Counted from the first letter of the stretch, positions 1-10,620 are shown. The stretch is DNA of 39,220 nt from Bifidobacterium breve (GCA_945889575.1 CAMDBY010000001.1:1-39220), one strand, 5' to 3'. Program-made: numbers and translations. The notes: generated by a model not told the origin, from the letters alone.

Positions 1-43
1 GTTCCTTTCGGAATCTCAATAACTGGGATACACTTCCCAAGTA

Positions 44-694
44 ATGGAAAGCGTATCAGGAGTCGGAGTTCTCGACAAGGCCTTTGTGGTGTTGAATGCG
101 CTTGTCACGCGACCATTGAGTTTGGCTGAAGTCATTGACGCCACTGATATTCCAAGAGCCACCTGTCATCGTTTGTTGTCAGCGCTTGAACATCATGGCG
201 CTGTGCGTCGTAATAGCGACGGCTTGTACTGCTTGGGGCCAACGCTGCTTGGTCTCGGGCGTGGAGCAGCAGTGCAGTTTCCGTTCTTAGAAAGAGCACG
301 TGAGGTTGCTACCGAGTTGCGCGATCGCACAGGGGAAAGCGTTCAAGTTTTTGTGGTTGAAACCGATGGACGACGATGCGTGGTGTCTCTTGAATCTCCG
401 AATGGTTTGAGGTGGATCGTGCCAGAGGGTGCATTGTTCCCGTTGGCTCGTGGGTCAGCGGGCCGGGTTCTTACTGGTTCTCGCCTTAGTTCTTCCGGAT
501 GGGTTGAATCAGTTGAGGAACGGGTGAAAGGTGTTGCGTCGGTGAGTGCTCCGATTATTGATATTGGTGGAACAGTGATTGCTGCGCTTTCCGTATCAGG
601 ACCCCTCGAACGCATGAGTACGAGTCCTGGAGCAAAATTTGGTTCGATTGTCGTACGGGGCGCAAAAACTTTGTCGGATTTTTTGGCGTCGTAA
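44..694 (+). CDS. IclR-family transcriptional regulator
   Basis: 216-aa ORF. The N-terminal winged-HTH (LSLAEVIDATDIPRATCHRLLSALEHHGAV) is followed by an IclR-type effector domain. It is somewhat short for the family. Confidence 0.8.
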   Translation: MESVSGVGVLDKAFVVLNALVTRPLSLAEVIDATDIPRATCHRLLSALEHHGAVRRNSDGLYCLGPTLLGLGRGAAVQFPFLERAREVATELRDRTGESVQVFVVETDGRRCVVSLESPNGLRWIVPEGALFPLARGSAGRVLTGSRLSSSGWVESVEERVKGVASVSAPIIDIGGTVIAALSVSGPLERMSTSPGAKFGSIVVRGAKTLSDFLAS

Positions 695-731
695 TTGCCA
701 ATGTGTGGGAGTAGATCCACACATTGCAGTT

Positions 732-1232
732 ATGGATACAGATTTACCAGAACCAATTCACAGTCTTCCTGACATCACAGATGTAGCAGTGGGGGTGGAA
801 CAAAAATTACACACCATGATCGATTCGTTTGAATTACCTGGTGCTCGTTTGTATGGCGTGAACTGCGCATCGCGACCAACAACTGAACCAAACATGTGCC
901 TACTGGCACAACATCCCGATGTCTATGAACTACTCGATGCGCCGTCGAGTGCGTTGGCGCGAATGTTTGATGCAGCAGCAATTGTGACCACAGGTTGGGC
1001 TGCGCCATTGCGGCCTGATGGCACCATTGAGGGCGCTCCTAGCGAACATGCGCTACGCAGACGTGTACGTCTTGTTGTTGTAGTTGCAGATAACGGAGTA
1101 GCTAGTGCATTGCGGTTTGCAGATGAGCCAGACGAAGTGGTCACAGACCCTGGTTCAGCAACGGGCTCACTGGCAGAGGCGATTACTCGATTCTGGTTTG
1201 ATCCACCCATTACGTTGGCAGCCAACTCATAG
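732..1232 (+). CDS. hypothetical protein (no recognisable motif)
   Basis: The ORF-track frame 639..1232 was trimmed to the first ATG (732) downstream of the IclR stop. Codon usage looks coding. I recognise no family. Confidence 0.5.
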   Translation: MDTDLPEPIHSLPDITDVAVGVEQKLHTMIDSFELPGARLYGVNCASRPTTEPNMCLLAQHPDVYELLDAPSSALARMFDAAAIVTTGWAAPLRPDGTIEGAPSEHALRRRVRLVVVVADNGVASALRFADEPDEVVTDPGSATGSLAEAITRFWFDPPITLAANS

Positions 1233-1290
1233 AGAACGTGCGCCGTTTCACAAGGGCGCAAATACGCAAAGTGCCTCCTAACCTTGATGC

Positions 1291-2265
1291 GTGACCGAGT
1301 ACAGCACAGCATGGGCCGAACGAATCAGGGCATTGGCGGCCGAAAAGGACGTAGTCATTCTGGCGCACAACTATCAAGTGCCAGAGATTCAAGATGTTGC
1401 TCATCACGTTGGTGATTCACTAGCTCTCTCACGCATCGCTGCAACAGTTCCTGAGTCCACCATCATTTTTTGTGGCGTTCACTTCATGGCAGAGACCGCA
1501 AAGATTTTGTCGTATGACAAGACAATTCTTATTCCTGATGAGCGAGCTGGTTGTTCGTTGGCTGACACGATTACCGCAGATCAATTACGTGAATGGAAAG
1601 CGCAATATCCTGGCGCGGTCGTTGTCAGTTATGTCAATACAACAGCCGCAGTAAAAGCTGAGACAGATATTTGTTGTACTAGTTCAAACGCGGTGGAAGT
1701 GGTCGCGTCAATTCCTGCTGATACGCCAATCTTGTTTTGTCCTGACCAATTTTTAGGTGCCCATGTGCAACGCCAAACAAAGCGGTCCAATATGCATATC
1801 TGGATGGGCGAGTGTCATGTGCATGCCGGAATCAACGGTCAAGACCTGAAGGCCATGGTTGAAGCTGAACCTGATGCTGAACTGTATGTTCACCCTGAGT
1901 GCGGATGCGCCACGAGTGCTTTGTATTTGGCAAGCGAAGGGGTAGTGCCTGCGGAACGCACACATATTCTTTCCACTGGTGCAATGTTGGATGCTGCTCG
2001 TACTACTACGGCGCGAAAAGTTCTTGTCGCAACAGAGACCGGAATGCTTCACCAATTACGCAAAGTTAATGTCACGACTGAATTTCAAGCCGTCAATCGT
2101 GCCGCTGTTTGTAAATACATGAAGATGATTACACCTGAGAAACTTGAACATTCTTTGATGTATGGAAATGATGTTGTTGATATTCCACGTGACATTGCAG
2201 ACAAAGCTCGTCTGTCTGTTGAGCGCATGATCGCAATTGGCACACCATCTCGTGTCGGCGAATAA
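1291..2265 (+). CDS. nadA: quinolinate synthase NadA
   Basis: 324 aa with a GTG start. Motifs [18 protein letters not shown] and conserved Cys residues typical of NadA. It lies first in a nadABC arrangement. Confidence 0.9.
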   Translation: MTEYSTAWAERIRALAAEKDVVILAHNYQVPEIQDVAHHVGDSLALSRIAATVPESTIIFCGVHFMAETAKILSYDKTILIPDERAGCSLADTITADQLREWKAQYPGAVVVSYVNTTAAVKAETDICCTSSNAVEVVASIPADTPILFCPDQFLGAHVQRQTKRSNMHIWMGECHVHAGINGQDLKAMVEAEPDAELYVHPECGCATSALYLASEGVVPAERTHILSTGAMLDAARTTTARKVLVATETGMLHQLRKVNVTTEFQAVNRAAVCKYMKMITPEKLEHSLMYGNDVVDIPRDIADKARLSVERMIAIGTPSRVGE

Positions 2266-3889
2266 TCGCGTTCCCAGCCAACTGGCAGCTCCCGAACCAA
2301 CATGGTCGGTTGAGACTGATGTTGTCGTTCTAGGTTCTGGCGCTGCCGGATTATCAGCGGCGCTTGCAATGCGTCCTGTACGTGATGTTCTTCTCATAAC
2401 TAAAGACACTCTTGATGCTGGCAGTACAAACTGGGCGCAAGGCGGGCTGGCAGCAGTGCTTGACCCGAATGACTCTATTGAAAACCATGTACAAGACACA
2501 CTTGATGCGGGTGCTGGCTTATGTGATGAACAAGCCGTGCGCACGTTGGCCACTGAGGCACCCACCGCGATTCGTTATCTCATGGAATTGGGCGCATCAT
2601 TTGATCCGGGTTTGCATGAAGGAGTAGCACTCACGCGAGAAGGTGGACATTCACACCGACGCATTGTTCATGCCGGTGGTGACCAATCGGGCGCCGAGGT
2701 ACAACGCACCCTTGACGAATCGGTGCGCCTGGCAGGTGTGCACGTGGTGGAACGCGCTTTTGGTCTTGATCTTGTAATCGGCCATACATCTGACGGCACG
2801 CGTGCAGTGACTGGGGTAAAAGTCGCGATGCTTGACAGCAGCGGTGGCGTACAAAGCGTTGGCATTGTGAACGCTCGCGCAGTCATCATCGCCACCGGCG
2901 GATACGGACAGGTGTATGCATCAACTTCAAATCCGTCTGCTGTTACGGGTGATGGCATTGCGCTTGCTTTGCGCGCAGGGTTAGAGGCAAGCGGTCTTGA
3001 ATTTATTCAGTTTCACCCCACAGTTTTGTGGCGCGGTAGCAAGGCAACAGGCCAGCAAGCACTCATCAGTGAAGCAGTGCGCGGAGAAGGCGGCATTCTT
3101 TTAGATGCAGCCGGGCAGCGCGTGATGAAAGGTGTGCATCCGCAAGAAGATCTTGCGCCGCGGGACATTGTTGCTGCTGCAATCAGTGAACGCATGGCGC
3201 AAGCACCTGCTGGTGTAGATGACCACGTGTATCTGGACGCTCGCCACATCGAAAAATTTGACGAACGGTTTCCATCTATTACTGCCTCATGCATTGATGC
3301 GGGCATCGACCCACGAACTGAAATGATTCCCGTTGCGCCTGCTGCTCATTATGTGTGTGGCGGTGTTCGCGCAACGCTTAATGGCACAACGGCGTTACAA
3401 GGGCTGTATGTCGTTGGCGAAGCCGCATGTACGGGGGTGCACGGCGCAAACAGACTTGCTTCCAATAGTCTTACTGAAGGCGTAGTGGCCGGAACGCGCG
3501 TTGGTCGAGCATTGAGCTGGACGTTGCCACCAGTCGCTACTCCCGATGAAGCAGAGACTCCTGGTGCGTTGATTGATTCGTATCACCGCACAGCATTGCG
3601 TTCAGCAATGTCTAAGTATGTGGGCGTGTTGCGCACTCCGGAAGGGCTCAACTCGGCTTCACGCATTTTGAACACGTTGTCATCAAATATGTCGGCATTA
3701 GTTGTGCCTACTCGTAAAGCCTTTGAAGCAACGAACATGCTCACTATTGCAATGGCGGTAGTGGAAGCGGCAAAGACGCGTACTGAAAGTCGTGGTTGTC
3801 ATAGGCGAACAGATTTTGATGCACCAAGTGATTCATGGAATCATCATTTGTCGTCCCACATTGTTGATGGCCAGATTGAGGTGATGTAA
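2237..3889 (+). CDS. nadB: L-aspartate oxidase NadB
   Basis: FAD fingerprint [15 protein letters not shown] and C-terminal [13 protein letters not shown]. The start is ambiguous (TTG 2237 or GTG 2252), and both options overlap the nadA 3' end. Confidence 0.88.
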   Translation: MAHHLVSANNRVPSQLAAPEPTWSVETDVVVLGSGAAGLSAALAMRPVRDVLLITKDTLDAGSTNWAQGGLAAVLDPNDSIENHVQDTLDAGAGLCDEQAVRTLATEAPTAIRYLMELGASFDPGLHEGVALTREGGHSHRRIVHAGGDQSGAEVQRTLDESVRLAGVHVVERAFGLDLVIGHTSDGTRAVTGVKVAMLDSSGGVQSVGIVNARAVIIATGGYGQVYASTSNPSAVTGDGIALALRAGLEASGLEFIQFHPTVLWRGSKATGQQALISEAVRGEGGILLDAAGQRVMKGVHPQEDLAPRDIVAAAISERMAQAPAGVDDHVYLDARHIEKFDERFPSITASCIDAGIDPRTEMIPVAPAAHYVCGGVRATLNGTTALQGLYVVGEAACTGVHGANRLASNSLTEGVVAGTRVGRALSWTLPPVATPDEAETPGALIDSYHRTALRSAMSKYVGVLRTPEGLNSASRILNTLSSNMSALVVPTRKAFEATNMLTIAMAVVEAAKTRTESRGCHRRTDFDAPSDSWNHHLSSHIVDGQIEVM

Positions 3890-4809
3890 TGGATATGTAT
3901 TCACTCACAACTGAAACTGGTGCCTTGTTAGTTGCCGGTGGTCTGAATCCCTTGTACATCGAAGATGTCATTGAGAACACAATCTTGGAAGACCTCGACG
4001 GCGGTATTGATGTCACCTCAGTTGCCACTGTCCCTTTTGAACAACGGAGTACTGCCACATTCGGAACACGCGCCGATGGTTGTGTATCTGGTTTAGTCAT
4101 CGCAGCCGCAGTAATCGAAATGGTGTGTGGGCCCCATGCAAGCTCCATTGATTATTTTCATAATGATGGTGAACGGGTACAAGTAGGCGATGTGCTGATG
4201 AAAATTGAAGCGCCGACTCAATTGTTGTTGACAGCAGAGCGCACCGCACTGAATTTGTTGTGCCATTTGTCGGGCATTGCTACGGCTACAGCTGCGTGGG
4301 TAGATGCAGTGTCTGGCACAGGCGCAATTATTCGAGATACACGTAAGACAACACCTGGTCTACGGGCACTTGAGAAGTATGCAGTGCGTTGTGGCGGGGG
4401 TCAGAACCACCGAATGAGTCTCAGTGATGCTGCCCTGGTGAAGGACAACCACATTGTGGCTGCAGGTGGAGTGGCTGAAGCCTTCGCCAAGGTGCGTGCT
4501 CTTGCAGATACTTTGCCGATTGAGATTGAAGTAGACACTCTTGAGCAATTACAGGTTGCGCTTGATGCTGGTGCAAATGTTGTGTTGTTAGACAACATGC
4601 CACCAGATGTGATGAAAGAGGCTGTGGCGATTTCGCAGCGTCACACTGCAAACACAGGACATGCTGTGCTGTTGGAGGCGAGTGGCGGACTCACTATTGC
4701 TACTGCTCGATCAGTTGCTGAAACTGGCGTTCATTTCATCAGTGTTGGCGGACTCACTCATTCATCGCCAATTCTTGATATTGGCCTTGACCTTCAAACG
4801 ATTATCTAA
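3889..4809 (+). CDS. nadC: nicotinate-nucleotide pyrophosphorylase (quinolinate phosphoribosyltransferase) NadC
   Basis: 306 aa with motifs TRKTTPGLR and GGGQNHR. The start ATG shares one nucleotide with the nadB TAA (TAATG). Confidence 0.9.
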   Translation: MDMYSLTTETGALLVAGGLNPLYIEDVIENTILEDLDGGIDVTSVATVPFEQRSTATFGTRADGCVSGLVIAAAVIEMVCGPHASSIDYFHNDGERVQVGDVLMKIEAPTQLLLTAERTALNLLCHLSGIATATAAWVDAVSGTGAIIRDTRKTTPGLRALEKYAVRCGGGQNHRMSLSDAALVKDNHIVAAGGVAEAFAKVRALADTLPIEIEVDTLEQLQVALDAGANVVLLDNMPPDVMKEAVAISQRHTANTGHAVLLEASGGLTIATARSVAETGVHFISVGGLTHSSPILDIGLDLQTII

Positions 4810-6185
4810 TCGCGCGACACAAGCCATTTCGCTTCCGCTTCACCCATAGAGGTGGACGGCGCTGCATTGGTCATGGGCCATAGTTCTTCTGAGATACGAC
4901 GGAAATTGCCACTGGAGCGCAACTGGCCAAGAAGTGCATAGAGACCTAAGTTGATGCGTTGGATAAACACGAACGACTTTGGAACCGTCGCGTATTGGGC
5001 GATAGCCGACGTGCGGTCAAATGTGTGACGCACGATTGAAGTTGCATAGGAACTCGTCCAGTCCATCACGCGTGATTCACGCACTGGCTCGTAGAAATGG
5101 GAGAAGTATTCACCACATTCCTGAGTAGTGAATGGTGCGTCAAGTTGCAACATGCCTGCATCTTCAATGACTTGACGGTATGTATCCATGTCGTCGTCGA
5201 TGACGGCAGCCTTGACCATTGACTGGAACATCAACATTTCTTCTTGAGTGAAATGTTTAATCAGTCCGAAGTCGAGAAATGTAACCCTGCCATCTCCGTG
5301 AAAGATGTAATTGCCGGGATGCGGATCGCCGTTGAACGCACGGAAGCGATACAAACTGCGAAATACAAACCGAAAGATTGCTTCACCGGCCATATCGCGC
5401 TGTTCTTGTGACCATTCACATACTTCTGCAAACGTGTGGCCAGTGACTAACTCGGTGACCAGAATGTTCTTCGTAGAATATTCGTGAAGAACTTCAGGAA
5501 CATGAATAAACGGGTGGTTCCTATAAAAGTCCGCGAACATCTGCTGATTTGCAGCTTCGTTTTTGTAGTCGAGTTCTTCACGAAGGCGGTCCTTGATTTC
5601 TGCAACCATGTCTTCTGGATTCAATGACTTGAATCCGAAGGCAAGCATGGCGCCCAACAGGTCTGCAGTGCGTAGATCAGAATCAATTGCTTCTCCGACG
5701 CCTGGGTATTGCACTTTCACCGCGACTGCCTTTTCGGTGCCATCGGCGAGACGAATAATTGCACGGTGTACTTGACCAATAGATGCTGAGGCGATTGGCT
5801 CGTCATCAAACTCAACAAATATGTCTTTGATTGAGCGTCCAAGTTCGCGTTCAATTTCAATGTGGACGAGTTCGACTGCCATAGGAGGAGCATTTGATTG
5901 CAATTGTGATAATGCAATACGCATGGGCTCTGGTAAACCGTCGTCAAGGTAACTGGCCATCTGGCCCACCTTCATGAGGGCACCCTTCATGTTTCCCAAT
6001 TCATCTGCCACCTGTTGTGCTGATTTCAATTCTCGCGAACGAGACAATTGCTCTTTGCGCTCTGCGCCTGCAAATATCTTTCGCGCTGATGTACCAGCAT
6101 GTCCGAGTCCGACGCGAGCCCCAAGACGAAGAAGTCGACTATTGCGGCGCCATCGCGAGCGCAGTTGAATTGCTTTTGAACTCAT
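4806..6185 (-). CDS. ABC1/UbiB-family atypical protein kinase
   Basis: ABC1 motifs ASASIGQVHRA, AVKVQYPGV and DPHPGN. The start was trimmed to ATG 6185, which forms an ATGA overlap with the stop of the upstream hydrolase gene. Confidence 0.8.
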   Translation of the reverse strand: MSSKAIQLRSRWRRNSRLLRLGARVGLGHAGTSARKIFAGAERKEQLSRSRELKSAQQVADELGNMKGALMKVGQMASYLDDGLPEPMRIALSQLQSNAPPMAVELVHIEIERELGRSIKDIFVEFDDEPIASASIGQVHRAIIRLADGTEKAVAVKVQYPGVGEAIDSDLRTADLLGAMLAFGFKSLNPEDMVAEIKDRLREELDYKNEAANQQMFADFYRNHPFIHVPEVLHEYSTKNILVTELVTGHTFAEVCEWSQEQRDMAGEAIFRFVFRSLYRFRAFNGDPHPGNYIFHGDGRVTFLDFGLIKHFTQEEMLMFQSMVKAAVIDDDMDTYRQVIEDAGMLQLDAPFTTQECGEYFSHFYEPVRESRVMDWTSSYATSIVRHTFDRTSAIAQYATVPKSFVFIQRINLGLYALLGQLRSSGNFRRISEELWPMTNAAPSTSMGEAEAKWLVSRD

Positions 6186-7033
6186 ATATCTCCCAGAATT
6201 ACCGGTTTGTTTAGTGCGTCGTGATGCACTGCGAGGCACGCGTTGACAAGTAGCGGAACGAATTCAGAAGCCCGTGCATAGACAGCGTCATGGTTTCCCG
6301 ATATCTCAAAAACATGTGTGTCAGGAATCAGACTTGCAAGTGTTCGTTGTCGTTTGAGTGAAACAACTTGATCTTCAGTAGTGATTACAACAGATGTGGG
6401 TACGTCAACTTGTGAGAGCCATTTCCGCGAATCAAATCGACCAAGCGCAGAACCCGCCTCAAGAATGCTGCGCCAGTCATGGCTTGCAATCTGGAGCGCA
6501 GCCCATGGTTCCCATGTCATTGTCTTTCGTGACAGGTACATGCGCTCGCTGATTGCTTGTTGAATTGATCGGGGAGTGATGCGCGCAAGTCCACCAAATC
6601 CGGTGAGCAGAGAAAACATGAATCGTTCTTGACGCGACGTCGCCCAATATCCCGCAGTTGCTGCAAGAACTAAACCGCGCACTCGGTGCTCGTGGCGTTT
6701 CCACATCAATTGGGCAATGGTGCCGCCCATGGAGTATCCGACAGGAATGAAAGTGGCGATTCCCAATTGATCCATCAGTGCCGCAACATCATCAGCACAA
6801 TCAGAGAGACGAAACGACTGTGAAGATCTGATGCCACGTCCATGGCCACGATGGTCAAGAGCAATAATGCGAAAGTGTTTGCCGAGTTCTTCGTAACACA
6901 TGTAGAAATTCAAGTCAGCAGTTGCTGTCCAGCCATGCAAGAGCACGACCGTCGGTGCGCCGGCTGGTCCCGTTATCTCTCGATAAAACGTGGTGCCTCT
7001 TCCGGGAAGAGACAATGTGTGGCCGGGGGGCAA
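6182..7033 (-). CDS. alpha/beta-fold hydrolase
   Basis: 283 aa. HGW oxyanion region (VVLLHGWTA) and nucleophile elbow GYSMGG. Confidence 0.75.
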   Translation of the reverse strand: MPPGHTLSLPGRGTTFYREITGPAGAPTVVLLHGWTATADLNFYMCYEELGKHFRIIALDHRGHGRGIRSSQSFRLSDCADDVAALMDQLGIATFIPVGYSMGGTIAQLMWKRHEHRVRGLVLAATAGYWATSRQERFMFSLLTGFGGLARITPRSIQQAISERMYLSRKTMTWEPWAALQIASHDWRSILEAGSALGRFDSRKWLSQVDVPTSVVITTEDQVVSLKRQRTLASLIPDTHVFEISGNHDAVYARASEFVPLLVNACLAVHHDALNKPVILGDI

Positions 7034-7053
7034 ATATGGAATGGAATGATCGC

Positions 7054-7533
7054 TCAGTTGGCAACCTTCAGAATGGTGACGGAAATTTTTGCGCCGTTCT
7101 CGAGAGTGATGTTGACTTCGTCTCCTTGTTTGTGACCAAGAAGTGCAGACCCGATTGGTGAGACGGGACTCATGACTTCGATGCCTTGCTCGGTGCGCTT
7201 TTCTTCGATGTGTCCAATGAGGTACGTCTCTGCATCGTCTTCATCATCGCCATCAAACAAAATGGTGACGGTTGAAAGGACTCCCACTTCGCCATCTGCG
7301 GGCGGAGTTGCAAGTTCAGAATCCTCTAAAATAGACAGCAGAAGGTTCTTGCGGTCATTAAACATGCCGTATTCGTCTTTGGCTGCGTGATAGTCGCCAT
7401 TTTCCTTTAAGTCGCCCATTTCGCGGGCCCGACCAATTTTGTCGGCCACTTCGGGAAGGACTTCATGTTCCAGGTGGACAATTTCGGTCTCGAGTCGGGA
7501 ATATGTGGCTTGAGAGAGGAGGTGCTTTGCCAT
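7054..7533 (-). CDS. greA: transcription elongation factor GreA
   Basis: 159 aa. The N-terminal coiled-coil carries the acidic tip ([15 protein letters not shown]), followed by the C-terminal GreA/GreB domain. Confidence 0.9.
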   Translation of the reverse strand: MAKHLLSQATYSRLETEIVHLEHEVLPEVADKIGRAREMGDLKENGDYHAAKDEYGMFNDRKNLLLSILEDSELATPPADGEVGVLSTVTILFDGDDEDDAETYLIGHIEEKRTEQGIEVMSPVSPIGSALLGHKQGDEVNITLENGAKISVTILKVAN

Positions 7534-7572
7534 GAGGAGAAGGCTACCTGTGCCTTCTACGATGGTCTCCTT

Positions 7573-8568
7573 ATGTCACATCGCATCGCACTCATTGGCG
7601 GAGACGGAATCGGTCCCGAAGTTACGGCCGAGGCCGTGAAAGTGGTGCGCGCCACTGGGGTGGCAATCGAGACCACAGATTTCGACCTGGGTGGCATGCG
7701 CTACCTGCGCGACGGCGAGATCTTGTCGGACGACGTGTTGAATCAGCTGCGCGGTTTTGACGCCATTTTGTTGGGTGCTGTCGGTACGCCGGACGTTCCC
7801 CCCGGCATTATCGAGCGCGGGCTTCTATTGAAGATGCGTTTTGACCTTGACCTTTATGTCAACCAGCGCCCGTTTGTCGGTACTGCACCTGGCCACGTGA
7901 CTGCGCACGACTTTGTTGTCATTCGTGAAAACACCGAAGGGCCGTATGTCGGCGAAGGCGGCGTTTTGCGTCGCGGTACTCCTCATGAAATTGCAACCCA
8001 AGGAAGTGTGAATACACGGCACGGCGTTGAGCGTTGTATTCGGTACGCATTTGAACTTGCAGCACAGCGCGAACGTAAGCACGTCACGCTGGTGCACAAA
8101 ACAAACGTGTTGACATTCGCTGGTGATCTGTGGCAGCGCGCATTCAATGATGTTGCAGCACAGTTTCCTCAGGTCGGTACTGCATACAACCATGTTGATG
8201 CTGCGTGCATCTACTTCGTCGAAGATCCACATCGTTACGACGTCATCGTGACAGACAACTTGTTCGGTGACATCCTCACCGACCTTGGCGGCGCAGTCAG
8301 TGGCGGCATTGGTCTTGCATCATCTGCCAACTTGAACCCAGCTCGTACCGGCCCATCAATGTTCGAACCATCCCATGGGTCGGCACCAGACATCGTGGGC
8401 ACAGGCAAGGCAAACCCCACAGCAGCAATCCTGTCTGCAGCGCTCATGCTTGATTTCCTGAATGAATCAGCGGCAGCTGATCGTATTCGTGCAGCATGTG
8501 GCACTGCGCCAACAGGGTCAACCGTCGACATCGGAAATGCCATCGCAGCAATCGTTGCCGGCAAGTAA
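7573..8568 (+). CDS. leuB: 3-isopropylmalate dehydrogenase LeuB
   Basis: Motifs [13 protein letters not shown] and [12 protein letters not shown]. The short actinobacterial form is about 332 aa. The ORF-track start 7465 overlaps greA and was replaced by ATG 7573. Confidence 0.9.
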   Translation: MSHRIALIGGDGIGPEVTAEAVKVVRATGVAIETTDFDLGGMRYLRDGEILSDDVLNQLRGFDAILLGAVGTPDVPPGIIERGLLLKMRFDLDLYVNQRPFVGTAPGHVTAHDFVVIRENTEGPYVGEGGVLRRGTPHEIATQGSVNTRHGVERCIRYAFELAAQRERKHVTLVHKTNVLTFAGDLWQRAFNDVAAQFPQVGTAYNHVDAACIYFVEDPHRYDVIVTDNLFGDILTDLGGAVSGGIGLASSANLNPARTGPSMFEPSHGSAPDIVGTGKANPTAAILSAALMLDFLNESAAADRIRAACGTAPTGSTVDIGNAIAAIVAGK

Positions 8569-8595
8569 TCTTTCACCACATCACTTAGGAGCAAT

Positions 8596-9513
8596 ATGCC
8601 TACTCTCGTACCTACACCGAAAATCTGGATGAACGGAACACTTGTCGATTGGGACAAGGCTCAAGTGCATGTTCTGACACACACCCTTCACTACGGCACT
8701 GGCGTGTTCGAAGGTATTCGGGCATACGAAACCTCTGAAGGCCCTGCAGTGTTCCGTCTGACTGAACACATCAATCGTTTGTTCAAGAGCGCAAAAATTC
8801 TTGGAATGGATATTCCCTACACACCAGAAGAACTCATTGCTGCTACGAAAGAAGTGGTTCGTTCAACAGGCCTTCCTTCTTGCTACGTACGACCACTTGC
8901 GTATTACGGATACGGCGAAATGGGCCTTAACCCACTGCCATGTGTTGTTGACGTTGCCATTGCTTGCTGGCCGTGGGGTGCATATTTGGGTGAAGATGCA
9001 TTAACAAAAGGTGTACGCATGAAGATTTCTTCATGGACACGTCTTGACCACAACACCATGCCACCTGCTGCAAAAACAGTGGGTAACTACGTGAACTCTT
9101 CTCTTGCCAAAGTAGAGGCTTTGAAGGCCGGATACGACGAAGCAATCATGCTGAACCCGCAAGGCTTTGTCAGCGAGTGCACCGGAGAAAATATCTTTGT
9201 CGTGCGAAATGGCGTCATCCTGACCCCGCCCCTTTCTGCAGGCGCTCTCGAGGGCATCACACAGGACTGCGTGGCCCAGATTGCCGCCGAGCTTGGCTAT
9301 GAAATGCGGGTCGAGAACATTGTTCGCTCAGACCTGTACATCGCTGAAGAGATTTTTTGCTGTGGAACAGCTGCCGAAGTCAGTGCTATCAACTCGGTCG
9401 ATGATCGAGAAGTGCCCTGCCCAGGACCTATCACCACTGCAATTGCTGGGCTTTATGCCGAGGCAGTACGTGGACAAGTTGTACACTACAAACATTGGTG
9501 CGAACTGGCCTAA
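8596..9513 (+). CDS. ilvE: branched-chain amino acid aminotransferase IlvE (class IV)
   Basis: 305 aa. Motifs HTLHYGTGVFEGIRAY, AAKTVGNYVNS and ECTGENIF. Confidence 0.9.
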   Translation: MPTLVPTPKIWMNGTLVDWDKAQVHVLTHTLHYGTGVFEGIRAYETSEGPAVFRLTEHINRLFKSAKILGMDIPYTPEELIAATKEVVRSTGLPSCYVRPLAYYGYGEMGLNPLPCVVDVAIACWPWGAYLGEDALTKGVRMKISSWTRLDHNTMPPAAKTVGNYVNSSLAKVEALKAGYDEAIMLNPQGFVSECTGENIFVVRNGVILTPPLSAGALEGITQDCVAQIAAELGYEMRVENIVRSDLYIAEEIFCCGTAAEVSAINSVDDREVPCPGPITTAIAGLYAEAVRGQVVHYKHWCELA

Positions 9514-9632
9514 GACGGCCCGAAACGCCCCCTATCTGAGGAAATTTCAATACTCCAAAAACCATTATCAGTGTGGTACTTTTCAATTTACTCGTGAGTA
9601 CGAATCACGTGTAATCCTTTTAAGGGGGGAAA

Positions 9633-10352
9633 ATGGAAATGAAAACGGTTTTAAATGACCCGGATCTGAACCAACTTGTCTACAACGCGCTGTCCTTTGG
9701 AACAGCAGTTATGTTGGGTGCTTTTGTTTACTTCTTGACACAAATTAAGAGTGTTGCGAAGCAGTACCAAAACGGCGTTGCAGTATCTGCAGTTGTTGTA
9801 GGTATCGCGGGTTATCACTACTACAGAATGTGGAGTGGATGGGCTGAAGGCGTAGTCAATGAGGGGTACCGCTATGCGGACTGGCTCATTACAGTGCCAT
9901 TGCTTGTAATCGAACTATTGATTGTGCTCGGAGTAACTGCCGATCGTCGCAAGAAGTTGATGACAACTCTTGTACCGGCAACTGTTCTGATGATTGGTCT
10001 TGGTTACCCAGGTGAAACTTCGTCAAATGACAGTACAAAGTGGACGTTCTGGGTGTTGTCAATGTTGCCATTCATCTACATCCTTATGACACTTTCAAAA
10101 GAGTTGAAAGCAGCTGGAAGCCGGGAAACCGGGGCTGTTAGTTCAGCAATCAAAAATGCAACAACAATCCTGTTGTTGACATGGTTGGTGTACCCAATCG
10201 GTTACTTGTTCCCAGTGATTTTCGAAGCCACAAATGAGGGCGCAGAAACGGCTCGTCAAGTCGCGTACACCTTTGCCGACATAACGGCAAAGGCGCTATT
10301 CGGATTAATGATTCTGAACATTGCGAAGGCCCGTTCCGGAGACTCGCACTAG
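9633..10352 (+). CDS. microbial rhodopsin, proteorhodopsin/actinorhodopsin-like outward proton pump
   Basis: 239 aa with 7 predicted TM helices. Helix C RYADWLITVPLLVIEL gives the D83/T87/E94 (DTE) motif, with Leu91 at the spectral-tuning position. Helix G FADITAKALFG gives D216 and the Schiff-base residue K220 (AAG at 10290..10292). The SD AAGGGGGG lies at 9622..9629, and its spacing favours the second ATG at 9639. Confidence 0.9.
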   Translation: MEMKTVLNDPDLNQLVYNALSFGTAVMLGAFVYFLTQIKSVAKQYQNGVAVSAVVVGIAGYHYYRMWSGWAEGVVNEGYRYADWLITVPLLVIELLIVLGVTADRRKKLMTTLVPATVLMIGLGYPGETSSNDSTKWTFWVLSMLPFIYILMTLSKELKAAGSRETGAVSSAIKNATTILLLTWLVYPIGYLFPVIFEATNEGAETARQVAYTFADITAKALFGLMILNIAKARSGDSH

Positions 10353-10365
10353 TTAGTTCACATTG

Positions 10366-10407
10366 AAAAGGCGGGCATGATCTTTAGTGATCATGCCCGC
10401 CTTTTTC
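10366..10407 (+). terminator. intrinsic terminator, potentially bidirectional
   Basis: Perfect 13-bp stem GGCGGGCATGATC (10370..10382) / GATCATGCCCGCC (10389..10401) with a 6-nt loop. It is flanked by AAAA upstream and TTTTT downstream, and lies 14 nt after the rhodopsin stop. Confidence 0.85.
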
Positions 10408-10431
10408 AATTAGGTGAGGTAAGGTTTGGAC

Positions 10432-10620
10432 ATGAAACCAAAAGTTATTCTGCAAGCCTCAGTACTCATTTCTGCTGCAGCAAGCCTTGCATTAAGTATT
10501 TCGTTGTATTTCGCTGGTAGTGAACAGACTGACAAACTCAATGGAATTTACGTAGGCGTCTGGGTGCCATCAATTCTGGCGCTTGGTGCTTTTCTTCTTG
10601 CTGGAAAAAAGGAATCGTAA
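10432..10620 (+). CDS. small membrane protein, two predicted TM helices, unknown function
   Basis: 62 aa from ATG 10432 (the ORF track uses TTG 10426). SD AGGTGAGGTAAGG lies at 10412..10424. Hydrophobic stretches are VILQASVLISAAASLALSISLYFAG and IYVGVWVPSILALGAFLLAG. Confidence 0.5.
   Translation: MKPKVILQASVLISAAASLALSISLYFAGSEQTDKLNGIYVGVWVPSILALGAFLLAGKKES

Noticed and set aside
1239-1260. 6-bp inverted repeat TGCGCC/GGCGCA upstream of nadA, considered as a possible NAD-regulator operator or terminator
   Set aside because: The stem is short with a 10-nt loop and no T-tract, and it does not match any operator consensus I can recall. The evidence is too weak to call.
2056-2565. 169-aa minus-strand ORF across the nadA/nadB junction, and similar long antisense ORFs at 23227..23736, 24448..24918 and 34213..34671
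   Set aside because: All lie antisense to genes with strong family motifs and have Ser/Arg/Pro/Thr-rich shadow-frame compositions without motifs.
7465-7572. Upstream extension of leuB (track start 7465)
   Set aside because: It overlaps greA on the opposite strand by 69 nt. LeuB homology begins at [12 protein letters not shown] (ATG 7573).
9596-9612. CGTGA-N7-TCACG inverted repeat upstream of the rhodopsin, considered as a possible light- or regulator-binding site
   Set aside because: Arms of only 5 bp are expected by chance in a 119-nt AT-richer spacer, and there is no supporting second copy.
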